From the NCBI GenBank assembly GCA_963794945.1, contig CAWCFT010000011.1:32001-96000 (forward strand): a stretch of 64,000 nt of DNA. Reading direction: 5' to 3'. The position numbers and the translations under genes are program-made. Each line of letters starts with the position of its first letter. Within the stretch, counting starts at the first letter, position 1. The DNA is from Endomicrobiales bacterium (GTDB taxonomy: Bacteria; Elusimicrobiota; Endomicrobiia; Endomicrobiales; CAWCFT01). Shown here in pieces: positions 9,907-20,870 of the stretch. The notes under the pieces were generated by a model, which worked only from the letters and a program-made list of their open reading frames with translations, made no database searches and was not told the DNA's origin.

Positions 9907-11932
9907 TCATTTCCTTTTTGATTTTCCCACTTTCATCTCTTTTAAAATTATTACCCTGTCCCTTAGAACAGCCGCGGTTTCGAAGTCGAGGTTATCCGCG
10001 GCGTTCCTCATCTGTGTTTCAAGGTCCCTGATGACATTGTCAAGGTTGCCTTTGGTCACATACTCTCCTGCGTCTTCTTTGACCATATATTTCAGCCCTT
10101 CCTCTTTCGCCTTATACTGGAACTCATCAAAGTCGTGGATGGCTTTTATGATGGTCTTGGGGGTAATGTTGTTTATTTTGTTGTACTCCAGCTGCTTAAT
10201 CCTGCGCCGGTTCATCTCGGATATCGCCCTGTTCATGGAACCCGTCATTTTGTCGGCGTAGAGTATTACCCTGCCTTCAATGTTGCGCGTTGCCCGGCCG
10301 CATATCTGTATGAGCGTCGTTTCAGATCGCAGAAAACCTTCCTTGTCGGCGTCTAGCACAGCGACGAGCGCCACTTCAGGAAGGTCGAGGCCTTCCCTCA
10401 GGAGGTTTATTCCAACCAGCACATCAAACTTGCCCTGCCTCAGGTGCTTTAGTATCTCTATTCTCTTAAGCGAATCGATATCCGAATGGAGGTACTGCAC
10501 TTTGAATTTCTTTTCTTCCAGATAGGCAGACAGGTCCTCGGAAGTCCTTTTTGTAAGCGTCGTTACAAGCACGCGCTCTTTCTTTTCCACGCAGGCCGTT
10601 ATTTCTTTTATAAGGTCGTTTATCTGGTTATCAATGGGGCGTATCTCAACGGCAGGGTCTATCAGGCCCGTCGGGCGGATAACAAGGTCAACAACCTCGC
10701 CCTTTGTTCTTCCAAGTTCATAGGGCCCGGGCGTTGCCGAAACAAATATTGTCTGGCCCGTCAGCCCCTCGAACTCAGGAAATTTCAGCGGCCTGTTATC
10801 CAGCGCCGAAGGAAGCCGGAAACCAAAATCAACCAGCGTTCTGCTTCCTGCTCCTGTCGCCCGCGTACATGCCGCCTATCTGCGGTACGGTTATGTGAGA
10901 CTCGTCAATTATGGTCAGGAAATCGCCTGCTATATCGGGCGAGGCGAAAAAGTAATCTATAAGGCAGGCGGGCCTTGAACCGGCCGGCCGGCCTGAAAGT
11001 ATTCTGGAATAGTTCTCTATACCGTGACAGAACCCTGTCTCCCTGAGCATCTCGATATCGTAATTCGTACGCTGTTTTATCCTCTGGGCTTCGAGAAGTT
11101 TATCCTGTTTTTTAAGTTCATCAAGCCGCACTTCCAGCTCGGACTCGATATTAGTTATCGCCGCCTCAAGCTCGGGCCTTGTAATAACAAAGTGGCGGGC
11201 GGGATAAATGTAAGCCCTTTCCTTTTCGGCCAGCACGTCTCCCGTCAAAGGGTTAAATTCCCTTATGCGCTCAATGCGGTCGCCGAAAAGCTCCACCCTT
11301 ACTGCCGTCTCAAGGTAGGCCGGAAATATCTCTACGGTGTCCCCGCGCACCCGGAACTTGCCCCGCAGGAACTCGATATCGTTTCGCTCGTAATGAATAG
11401 CGACAAGGCCGGCAAGCAGGCCGTGAAGGTTGGTGGTAGAATTTTTTTCTATGCGTACGCACTGCTTGAGGTATTCCCCGGGCGAGCCAAGGTTATAAAT
11501 GCAGGACACTGAAGCCACAACAATAACATCCCTCCTTTCTAGAAGCGAGGTTGTGGCTTTGAGCCTTAGTCGGTCTATGTGGTCGTTTATAGATGAGTCT
11601 TTCTCGATGTAGGTATCTGTCGAAGGGATGTAGGCCTCGGGCTGGTAGTAGTCGTAATAAGAGATAAAATATTCAACAGCGTTCTCCGGAAAAAAAGTCT
11701 TGAACTCCGCGTAAAGCTGGGCCGCGAGTATTTTGTTTGGAGAAATAATAAGCGCCGGTTTCTGCACCCTTTCAATAAGGTTTGCCGCCACAAAAGTCTT
11801 GCCCGAGCCTGTTACTCCAAGCAGTACCTGGTTCTTTTTGCCTTCAACCACGCCGCGGGTTAGCTCATCAATAGCTTCGGGCTGGTCGCCGGCCGGCTTA
11901 AAACTGGAAACTATCTTGAATTTTTTGTCCAT
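9907..11932 (-). CDS. uvrB: Excinuclease ABC subunit B, +1 frameshift near 10840
   Basis: 'GVTGSGKT', '[10 protein letters not shown]', 'DESH'; CAG-[A]-ACG restores '[19 protein letters not shown]'. Confidence 0.95.
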
Positions 11933-12028
11933 TGTTTTTTCCTGTCTTTACACGACGCTTTTTTGCTAATTTCCGCTTAGCCCGCCTGCCGGATCTTCGG
12001 CTTGCTGGGCGGTTATCTTGGTTTGGTT

Positions 12029-12146
12029 GCCTTTGCGAGAGAAGCAGCTTGTCCGCCTGGGTGTAGTGGCGGGAAGCAATCTCAAAACGATTTTGAAAGC
12101 AAACATCTAGATCGCCACGGTCATCTGCGATGACCTCGCGAAGACA
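12029..12146. repeat. REP/RPE-like palindromic element
   Basis: ttgcgag...gaagcaatct....agatcgccacg...ctcgcgaagac; same family as 16554-16647. Confidence 0.6.
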
Positions 12147-12190
12147 ATCAATTGATACTAAATTTAACAATCTCCCTAATGCCAGGAAAC

Positions 12191-15100
12191 TCACTGATTA
12201 GCCACGGCTGCCATAGCGTCGTAAAAGGGTCTCATGTCCCGGCTTTTCAACGCTTCTGAAACGGCGTCCATGACCTTCCTGGAGTATTTCCTGTCAAAGG
12301 CTATGCCTTTATTCTTCAAGTCGTTAAAAATATTTTCTGAAAACCAGAAAGTGTATTTGTCAAGTTCATCAAGCCATTTTTCTGTCCGCGAATGCAATGG
12401 AGCGTTTTTATCGATGCTTTCGAACAATCCCGCCATGTCCGAAATCAAACTGTCATTTTCCTTAACCTTTTTGGGCCCGTTATCATTACCGTTTGCGACT
12501 GAAGCAGTATTCCCGCCTTCCGTCCCTCCGGATGCGTATTCCGCCGCCGCATTCGCAGCCGCTCCGTGCAGTCCGTCTCCCGTCACCCCGGTTATTTCTC
12601 CGGTAATTGAATTTATTTCCCACCAGCCTATCGTTGGAACGGAATTAAAGGCGACCATGCTTTTTGGCAGTAATATTTGAATATTCTTGTCGGATAACAG
12701 CCTGTCGTTTATCAGTTTTTTTGCCGCGCCGCTAATCCCCAGGTCTCCGAGCATGGACAGATTGTTCCCGGACAGCACCAGCACCCTGTCGTTATTGCCC
12801 CCGGCTGTATTGCCGTTCGCGCCCGCGTTTTCATTTTCAAGCTCGAATACCATCTGGCTTTTCCCGTTGCTTATTTTCAGCTCTTTTTCCAGCACTTTAT
12901 AACCGTTCGCCTTGATCTTTATTTTTCCGTCCGCGAGCCCGGAAAAACTGGTAAACGCTTCCTGCAGCTGGTTTATGTCTTCCACCCGCATGTATTTCCC
13001 GCCGCTGGCCTCCGCGACCGCTTTAAGCTCATTTTCAGCCTTGCTCCCTGGCTCAACGCCGAACCCTATGGTGTAAAAAGGTATGTTGGAGCCGGTTTTT
13101 TTGTATTCGCTTGCCATTGTTTTACCCGCGTCGCTGCTGTCCCCGTCGGTCAACACGATAACCCTCTGGTTCCTGCCTGTCGCGTAGTTCTTCAGCATAT
13201 CGATAATTTTATGAACGGAACTCCCGAGAGGCGTGCCTGGAAAGTCGCTGTTCTTCGATAGCATGTTCAGGAGAATATTTTTATTGAAACTGAACGGCCT
13301 TTCCTGCGTGTAATCTATGCTCATAAAATCATGCAGTATCATCTCGGCGTTCACGGGAAGTTTTTTTATCAAATCCGAAGCCGTGTTTTCGACCATCTTA
13401 TTTTTGGGCATGCCGTCCTTGCTTCCCTTTATGGCATCGTTCATGCTGCTGGAATTATCTATCAGCATAAAAATGGAATTCTCGGTTAGCGGGTGCGTTT
13501 TATAAAGGTTTATAGTAAAACTGCCGCCGGCCGCGGCCGGTTTGTCATAGTCCGCGCCTTCTATCTTGATCTCGGCGCTGTTTATTTTCTCCCTTGTCCT
13601 CTTGTCGATAACGTCGCCGCTGATCTTGCTGAGCACATTATAATTATTTACCGCTTTCAACTGGTTGCTGTATTTGTTCGACACTACTTTCAGGATAACG
13701 GCGTATTTGTCGTTGCCGGTCACCCACAGTTCGCCGCCTTTTTTATCGGTATAAACTTCGACCCTGATAGTTTCCAGGTTCCCGTCGATCACAATCTGAC
13801 AATCTTCTTTTTTGTCGTTCCGCTTCATGCCGAGCGCTTCAAAACACTTTTTCGCGGACCCGCTCTCGTTATTTACGGCACAGATAAATTTATCCTGAGG
13901 CTTGAACTTGCCGTTTACCGTCATTTCGTCCATTTTGTTAACGGCCCTGGCCGGGAATTCTCCGTTAAAACTGCTCATAATATTCCCGGGGGTTATGACC
14001 CACTCGAAAAAAGGGCTGAACCTGGTTTTTCTTAAGTACAGGTCCATCCTGTAATTCTTGTCTTCAATATACAGGTCATAGACCAGCTGGCAGGGGACCG
14101 AGATGGCCAGTTTATTTATATTTATGTCGGCCTCGTTCGCCGCCGCCGGCTCGTTGTGTGTTTCTTTTGGGGCCGCGGGCTTCGTCTTGAAATACTTATC
14201 GAATATATTGGTCGCGGTGACGCACTCCTTTCGGGAAACTATGTTCATGCAGAACCCAGCGATGGCGTTATCCGATATACCGCGCATCATGTTTATCTTT
14301 TTTGGCTCATCGGCTTCGACGCGCATATCGTTTTTCAAGATATCCAGGCTGCAGGCAATTGACCGCCTGCCTTTCGTTTCATCCACTTCAGTCGCGGAGA
14401 TTATTATCCTGGGAGAAACAAAAAAGGCGTTCCCTCCGGTATATTTAAGGATGTTCTTGACCGCCACGTCCGTAATTACCGCGTAACCGAGGCCCGTGAA
14501 ATAGCCTCTAAGCGCGGCCTTTTGAACCTCCGGCATTTTTTTCCTGAATGCCCCGGCCAGTCCTGCCTCTCTGTTGAACACAGGCCCGTCAACGCAGTTC
14601 GGCAATATGACGAACGAATATACGTCTTTAACGCTGCCTTTGCGGTGGCCTGCTTCCCTGTTAACGTCGAATAACGTTCTTTCGTACGTTCTTTTTTCAC
14701 TGCCGGGAGAATAAATGTTAAAAATGATAACGGCTTTTTTGATACGGCTTAAGTCTCCGCTGCCCTTCAGCACGGTATCGCCTATAAATAAACAAGGCTC
14801 CCCCTTTCCGCTGTCCTCTTTTGCCCACTTGAAAATATTCTTTTTATCAACAAAATACGCCGTATCATTCTTGTAAACAATATCGTCCTTGAACCGCTCC
14901 TCATCGCTGTAGCATCTTACAATTATTTCTACCTTATGCCTGTCCTGTTCGGGAATACCGCTGATCTCTTCGGCCTGCTGTTCTTCCCTGTCGGCCAGAG
15001 GGTAGAACGCGCGCCAGGCTTTGTCATTCATATATTGGATGAAATACCCCTCTTTGTCTTTCATCAGTCTTGTTTTTATCTTCGCGTATTTCAATAATTC

Positions 15101-15446
15101 CATCGTCAGGACGCATTTGTCGGCGTCGTTGCCCGCTTTTGACCAGAGCGTTCCCACCGCGCCCCTGAGATACCCCCGGTAATTCTCGTTCTTTACGTCT
15201 TCTTTGACATACTTTAATATCGCGGGCAGGCCATATTTAAGCTGTTTGGCTTTCTCATTTACGTACGAGAACGCCCCTTCGTTCGAGGCCGAGGTATTGT
15301 CGTTCTTGTATTTATAAAACTTGTAAGACCCATCTTTTTTTTGCAGTACCAGCGGCAGCGCAGCCAGGGCCATGAACACTATTACAAAAAATATTATCTT
15401 CGTGTTCTTCAATTCATACACCCTTTTTTCTAATCATTAAGGACAT
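12191..15446 (-). CDS. Large membrane-anchored vWA-domain protein with transglutaminase-like N-terminus (ORF called from 15421; probable true start 15446 with +1 shift)
   Basis: N-terminal TM; 'YRGYLRGAVGTLWSKAGNDADK'; MIDAS 'DNSSSM..GTPL..LTDG'; AAAGGAG RBS precedes ATG 15446. Confidence 0.7.
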
Positions 15447-15604
15447 TATCTTCTCCTTTCTTCGCTGATAGATTCGATGTCCTTATCCATTTTAGCCTCT
15501 GATCTGAGGAATATTTCTTGCGTAGGATCGATATGCAGCTACTTTGAGTGCATAGAATTGAAAAAACCACACCGCGCTCGACGCAATGTGGCTTTATATA
15601 CGGC

Positions 15605-15662
15605 TTGATCCCAGATTTGGGCCCGCCAAACAGCCGGCGGATCTGCGACACTCGGGGATGAC
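15605..15662. repeat. REP-like palindrome with nested ccgcc/ggcgg hairpin
   Basis: gatccc...ccgcc..ggcgg...tcggggatgac. Confidence 0.5.
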
Positions 15663-15765
15663 ACCTTGTGTCAGTTTTGACGGCATTTTTTCTCCCAGTT
15701 ACTATCAAACATAACGACTAGATTCTATCTCTTTTTGAGGGACTTTTCAACTTGTATGGGGCAAG

Positions 15766-16506
15766 CTATTTCAACGCCTTTGCCCAAGCTTTGAAGTCGT
15801 TAAATAGTTCTCTGGCTGTAGGGTCTATCTTTAAAGGCGTTATTGAAACATAACCCTTTTGGGCTTCATCTATGTTCGTTCCGGCCCCTTGCGCTTCCAA
15901 AACCGGTTTACCTGAAAGCCAGTAGTACTTGCGCCCTCTGGGGTCGGTGCGGCAGTCTATCTGTTCATCATATATGCGTTTGCCAAGGAAGGTTATCCTG
16001 AAGCCTTTTGGTTTTTTAGGGATGTTCACATTGAGGTATATCTTTTGCGGGAGAGGCCGTGCCAGTATGCTCTTGACCATTTTTGCCGATATTTTTGCCG
16101 CTATATTGAAGTTTCCGCTTATCGGTTCGGCCACCGAGACAGCTATGGACGGTATGCCCAGCATGCAGCCTTCGCGGGCACCCGCAACGGTGCCGGAATA
16201 GTTGACATCATTGCCGAAATTCGGTCCGGAATTTATGCCGGATATTACAGCGTCCGCACCTCCGGGCACGAGTTTTAGAGCACCGTACCGCGTACAGTCA
16301 GCGGGCGTGCCGTTTACGAGATAAGTGTCCGGAGCTACTTTTTGAATGCGTATGGGTTTGTGGAGGGTAAGCGAATGGCTGGTGCCAGACCTTTCCTGGT
16401 CAGGAATAACTACAATAACCTTCGCGAACTTTTTTAGCTCTCTAACTAAGGGGTTCAGCCCGGGCCCGTAGATCCCGTCATCGTTGGTAACAAGTATTGT
16501 TTTCAT
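15766..16506 (-). CDS. surE: 5'/3'-nucleotidase SurE
   Basis: 'ILVTNDDG', 'GTPADC', 'SGINSGPN', 'YSGTVAGA'. Confidence 0.97.
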   Translation of the reverse strand: MKTILVTNDDGIYGPGLNPLVRELKKFAKVIVVIPDQERSGTSHSLTLHKPIRIQKVAPDTYLVNGTPADCTRYGALKLVPGGADAVISGINSGPNFGNDVNYSGTVAGAREGCMLGIPSIAVSVAEPISGNFNIAAKISAKMVKSILARPLPQKIYLNVNIPKKPKGFRITFLGKRIYDEQIDCRTDPRGRKYYWLSGKPVLEAQGAGTNIDEAQKGYVSITPLKIDPTARELFNDFKAWAKALK

Positions 16507-16553
16507 AGTCTATATTCTACCAAATTTTAGGCTGTTGAAAAACCATTTTTTAG

Positions 16554-16647
16554 GTCTCCTTGCGAGGAGTCCCGCCTTGCGGGACGACGCGGGAATCTTG
16601 TTGTTTCTTCAGAAAACGAGATTGCTTCACCCCGGGTTCGCAATGAC
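16554..16647. repeat. REP/RPE-like palindromic element
   Basis: ttgcgaggag..cgacg..aatct....agattgcttc..tcgcaatgac. Confidence 0.65.
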
Positions 16648-16657
16648 GGTCATTTTA

Positions 16658-18250
16658 TCAGTTAGCCGCGGACTTGAATTCGGAAGTAAAATAGAACTTG
16701 ATATCCGGGTATTGAACCATGTAATGATGCAGCAGCCACTCGGATTCAGCGAAGAAAACGATGTTATTGTCCTTGTCTAACCCTATGTGGTCGGCTTTGT
16801 AGTTGCAGAAATCCGCGAACTGGGCTGGGTTCTCGGAAGTTATCCAGCAGGCTTTGTGAAAGTTGAGTGGCTCGAACCGGCAATCCGCGCCGTATTCGTG
16901 TTTCAATCGGTACTGTATAACCTCGAACTGGAGCTGGCCGACCGTCCCGATTATCCTGCGGTTGCCGTGCCTGAAAGAAAACAACTGTGCCACACCCTCG
17001 TCCGTAAGCTGTTTGACGCCTTTTTCCATTTGCTTGGCCTTCATCATCGAGGTGTTTATGAGCTCTTTGAATATCTCGGGAGAAAAGCTTGGTATACCGT
17101 GGAACACGAGGTTTTCACCTTCTGTCAGCGTGTCGCCAATCTTAAAATTGCCCCTGTCATAAAGGCCTATCACGTCGCCGGGGTAAGCCTCTTCTATGAC
17201 ATCTTTCTTTTGCCCGAGAAAACTTGTCGGGTTAGCGAAACGAAGGTCAATCCCCAGGCGCGCGTGGCGGTAGAACTTGTTCCTCTCGAACCTGCCGGAG
17301 CAGATCCTGAAGAACGCTATCCTGTCGCGGTGGCGCAGGTCAAGGTTGGCGTGTATCTTGAACACGAAACCGCTGAATTTTTCTTCTTCGGGGCTAACCG
17401 TGCGGGTTTCAGCTTTCATGGGGCCCGGTAAGGGAGCCAATTCTACGAACGTATTAAGCAGTTCCCTTACCCCAAAATTGTTCAAGGCGCTGCCGAAGAA
17501 CACCGGGGCTGTTTCGCCCGAAATATAACGCTCTTTTTCAAATGAGCCGTAAACGCCGGAAAGCAATGCGGAGTCTTCACGCAGCTGCGCGGCGGGGCGT
17601 TGGCCTATACTATCTTCAAGTTGTTTGCTTTGCAGGTCCAGTATGGACACCTTGTCATCCGAACTCGTTTGATTGGGGTTAAAAAGATGCAAACTCTTTT
17701 CGTGCAGGCTGTAAACGCCTTTAAAATCTGCGCCACGTCCTATAGGCCAGCTTAGGGGGCACACCTTAATAGAGAGCTTGCTCTCAAGCTCGTCAAGCAG
17801 ATCGAACGCATCACGGCCTTCGCGGTCAAGTTTATTGACGAAAATGATAACCGGAGTGTTCCTCATCCGGCAGACTTTCATGAGGTTCTCGGTCTGCTCC
17901 TCAACGCCTTTTACACTGTCAACCACCAGTATCACGCTGTCTACAGCCGTTAGCGTCCTATATGTGTCTTCCGCGAAATCCTTGTGGCCCGGCGTGTCCA
18001 GCAAATTTATTTTCAGGTCGCGGTACTCAAAACTCATCACTGCTGAAGCCACTGAGATACCGCGCTGCCGCTCGATCTCCATAAAGTCAGAAACAGTACT
18101 TTTTACGATCTTGTGAGATTTTACGGCTCCCGCGCTCTGGATGGCTCCCGCAAACAACAAGAATTTCTCCGTTAGCGTTGTTTTACCCGCGTCAGGATGG
18201 CTTATTATCGCGAATGTCCTTCTCTTATTTATCTCATCTATATAACTCAT
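16658..18250 (-). CDS. prfC: Peptide chain release factor 3
   Basis: '[20 protein letters not shown]', 'DTPGH', 'HRDRIAF', 'VGQLQFEV'. Confidence 0.97.
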   Translation of the reverse strand: MSYIDEINKRRTFAIISHPDAGKTTLTEKFLLFAGAIQSAGAVKSHKIVKSTVSDFMEIERQRGISVASAVMSFEYRDLKINLLDTPGHKDFAEDTYRTLTAVDSVILVVDSVKGVEEQTENLMKVCRMRNTPVIIFVNKLDREGRDAFDLLDELESKLSIKVCPLSWPIGRGADFKGVYSLHEKSLHLFNPNQTSSDDKVSILDLQSKQLEDSIGQRPAAQLREDSALLSGVYGSFEKERYISGETAPVFFGSALNNFGVRELLNTFVELAPLPGPMKAETRTVSPEEEKFSGFVFKIHANLDLRHRDRIAFFRICSGRFERNKFYRHARLGIDLRFANPTSFLGQKKDVIEEAYPGDVIGLYDRGNFKIGDTLTEGENLVFHGIPSFSPEIFKELINTSMMKAKQMEKGVKQLTDEGVAQLFSFRHGNRRIIGTVGQLQFEVIQYRLKHEYGADCRFEPLNFHKACWITSENPAQFADFCNYKADHIGLDKDNNIVFFAESEWLLHHYMVQYPDIKFYFTSEFKSAAN

Positions 18251-18262
18251 TTGTCCCCTTAT

Positions 18263-18290
18263 AAAAAATCACACGCCGTTTCGGCGTGTG
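18263..18290 (-). terminator. Intrinsic terminator-like hairpin in the prfC leader
   Basis: CACACGCCG-AAA-CGGCGTGTG-ATTTTTT just upstream of the RBS. Confidence 0.65.
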
Positions 18291-18339
18291 CCGTTGACCT
18301 GAACTTTTGTAATATGCTTCTAACCTAAATTGATACTAT

Positions 18340-18368
18340 ATTATATCAAATTCTTAAAAGCCTGTCAT
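18340..18368 (-). promoter_or_regulatory. Sigma70 promoter of prfC
   Basis: ATGACA-N17-TATAAT. Confidence 0.7.
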
Positions 18369-18390
18369 TCACATGCGACGCGCCATGCTA

Positions 18391-18437
18391 CAAAAAATAC
18401 AACCGTACCACCTCCCCCGGATGAGTACGGCTGTTTT
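18391..18437 (-). terminator. Intrinsic terminator (possibly bidirectional)
   Basis: CAGCCGTAC...GTACGGTTG-TATTTTTT. Confidence 0.55.
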
Positions 18438-18509
18438 TCCACTCACAAGTCTTTCTTATACCGCTCCGGCTGACAAAAAGCGATGTTTACTGGATTATTC
18501 TCCAAAATG

Positions 18510-18645
18510 AAAAAATCCACACTGCATTACAGCGTGGTTTCATACTATGGATGTTATGAGTTATTATTGTACAACGAACAAACTCAGCCGACTTCCCCTC
18601 GGTTCCCGACATTTTCCCCGCTCCCCCATCAGAAATGAACTACAT
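18510..18645 (-). ncRNA. Candidate GGA-rich small RNA
   Basis: TTGACA-N17-TATAAA promoter (18651-18679), four clustered GGGA motifs, terminator CCACGCTG-TAATG-CAGTGTGG-ATTTTTT. Confidence 0.4.
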
Positions 18646-18718
18646 GTATATTTATATATTTTTTAACTTGATCTGTCAACCCTTATAGGGTAGAGCCGCA
18701 TAGGATTAGGTTTATTAA

Positions 18719-19606
18719 TTATCTTACTTCGGCAGCCACTTTTTTCCAGGTATTCGCATAGTCACTGGCGAATTGCTCAAATGATATAGGCAGTCTTCCG
18801 ACTACCCTGTAGAAATCGTCCGTTACAACTGTTCTGCTGCCTTCCCTCGCGTGGTGCTCAAGACTGAGATAAACCTCTATATCCCACTCCGACATTCCGG
18901 CAGAACGCAGTCCTTCCGTGTATTGGCTTTCTACCTGAGGAATGTATTTGATATCCCTGCCCGCTGCCCTGGACAGTATCCTGGCTATCTCCCGGTCCGT
19001 TACTGCTGTTGGGCCGGTTATTGTATAATCCCTGTAATCATTGGCAGCCGTATTAGTAAGGATTTCAGCGTCTGCCGCAGCTATGTCGCGCACATCAACA
19101 TAGCTTATGGGCACGTTCCCGTGAGAGAAAAAGAAGGCGTTTTCTTTATTGATCACGTCAGCATGGTAAACTACGAAGTTTTGCATGAACGAGTTAGGGT
19201 GGACTATACAGAACGAGATACCGCTTTCGCGCACCATCTTGTCAATATGCCCGTGTATCATGAACAGGAAATGCCGCGATTCAGGGCTGGAATCTATGAC
19301 GGAAGATCTCAAAATGAACTTTATCCCGCTTTTCTGTGCCGCTTCAATTATGTTCCTGGCCCATCTGCCCATGGGTTCAACCATCGGCAGAAGCAGGAAC
19401 AATGTATCTATGCCTTTCATGGCCTTTTCAAGCGACTGCTGATCGTTGAAATCTAAAGTGACAGTGTTAATGTTAAGTTTCTTCATTTTCTCTGTTTCCG
19501 GATCAGGCACGCCGGCTATGAAGTCAGCTTTCATCTTTTGAAGATCTTGTACAAGGAAAGTCCCTATATTTCCCGACGCACCTAAAACAAGTATTTTATT
19601 GCTCAT
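18719..19606 (-). CDS. NmrA-like / atypical SDR NAD(P)H-binding oxidoreductase
   Basis: 'ILVLGASGNIG', 'PNSFMQN', 'SYVDVRDIA', 'ITGP'. Confidence 0.88.
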   Translation of the reverse strand: MSNKILVLGASGNIGTFLVQDLQKMKADFIAGVPDPETEKMKKLNINTVTLDFNDQQSLEKAMKGIDTLFLLLPMVEPMGRWARNIIEAAQKSGIKFILRSSVIDSSPESRHFLFMIHGHIDKMVRESGISFCIVHPNSFMQNFVVYHADVINKENAFFFSHGNVPISYVDVRDIAAADAEILTNTAANDYRDYTITGPTAVTDREIARILSRAAGRDIKYIPQVESQYTEGLRSAGMSEWDIEVYLSLEHHAREGSRTVVTDDFYRVVGRLPISFEQFASDYANTWKKVAAEVR

Positions 19607-19789
19607 AAAGCCCTCCCCCTGGCAACACTATTTACATTTTTTTAAAAAGTCCGGCGCACTGTATTGTTTGTTCATGTTCACATTATTACAAATATTGATT
19701 CGAGCTTGTATACTTTTTCTCTCAAGGATACTGACGTTTTTCACACGCTTAAATATAGTAACGTTTGTTGATACGAAGGTCACGGCAGG

Positions 19790-20870
19790 TTAGCGGAGGG
19801 ATTTGACAACTTCTGCTGCGAGCAGTTCCTGGGGGAATGAGGCGGGTATCTTAAAATCATCTAATTTCTTTGCCGAAGCAAAAGATTCTGATATGATTCC
19901 TGCGAGCATCCGCGCGTTCAGGTCTTTTTCAATTACTATTTTAGCCAAACCTTCCTTCTCTAGCGCCTTGGCGTTGAACTCCTGGTGATTGGCGGTGGCA
20001 AAAGGGAAAGGTATTAAAATTGACCTCTTATTAAGGATTTTTAGTTCGGCTACAGTGGTGGCGCCCGCGCGGCATATAATAAGGTCGGCAACTGCGTACG
20101 CATCTCCCATGGAATGCGTGTAAGCTATTACGCTGCCGGGAATACCATTTGAGATGTACTCTTTTTCAATTTGTTCGTGGTCATTCCTGCCGGAAATGTT
20201 CAAAAATTGTATTTTTTCTTTTATGCCGGCGAGATACTGAAAAGAATCGATCGCGGCCCGGTTAATCTTTGACGCGCCCTGGCTCCCCCCAAAAACAAGT
20301 ACCGTGAATTTCCCTTCGGAAAGGCCGAAGCTCTCGTATGTAGACTTTGACGGTTTTTTGAACAGATCTTTCCTGACCGGATTGCCTGTGACCACAGTTT
20401 TTCCAGCTGGGAAATACTTTTTAGAGCTAGCGAAGCTTACGGCGACAATGCCCGCAAAGGCTGAGAGCAGCCTGTTCGTAAGCCCGGGAAGCGCGTTTTG
20501 TTCGTGTATAACTGTAGGAATACCAAGTATTTTAGCGCAGATAACAGCTGGAAAAGACACGTCAGCCGCCCATTCCTACAACAACGCGCGGCTTTACATT
20601 TCTTACAAGAGCCAGAGTGGTGCCGAAACCGCTCATTAATACGAAAGGTAATTTAAGAAGGCCCATGCTCAAAGTCCTTGGCAAGCCCATAGCAGGTACC
20701 TCATAATACCCAAAACCTTCTTTTTCAAGTATACCCTTGCAAAGATCGTTCTTGCGCACAAGAAAAACAGGATAGAACCCTTTTAGCTTGAGCTCCGTTG
20801 CGAGCGCGATACCGGGATAGATGTGCCCTCCCGTACCTCCTGCCGCGATAATAATTGTATTTTCAGGCAT
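19790..20870 (-). CDS. murG: MurG, +1 frameshift near 20563
   Basis: 'GGTGGHIYP', 'HEQN', 'GNPVR', 'GGSQGA'; T[G]AC restores 'GGYVS'. Confidence 0.95.

Noticed and set aside
11898..12194. 98-aa ORF between uvrB and the vWA gene
   Set aside because: It reads through a palindromic repeat and overlaps uvrB out of frame.
15430..15708. 92-aa ORF upstream of the vWA gene
   Set aside because: It is built over a REP-like element and the vWA gene's RBS, with no recognisable domain.
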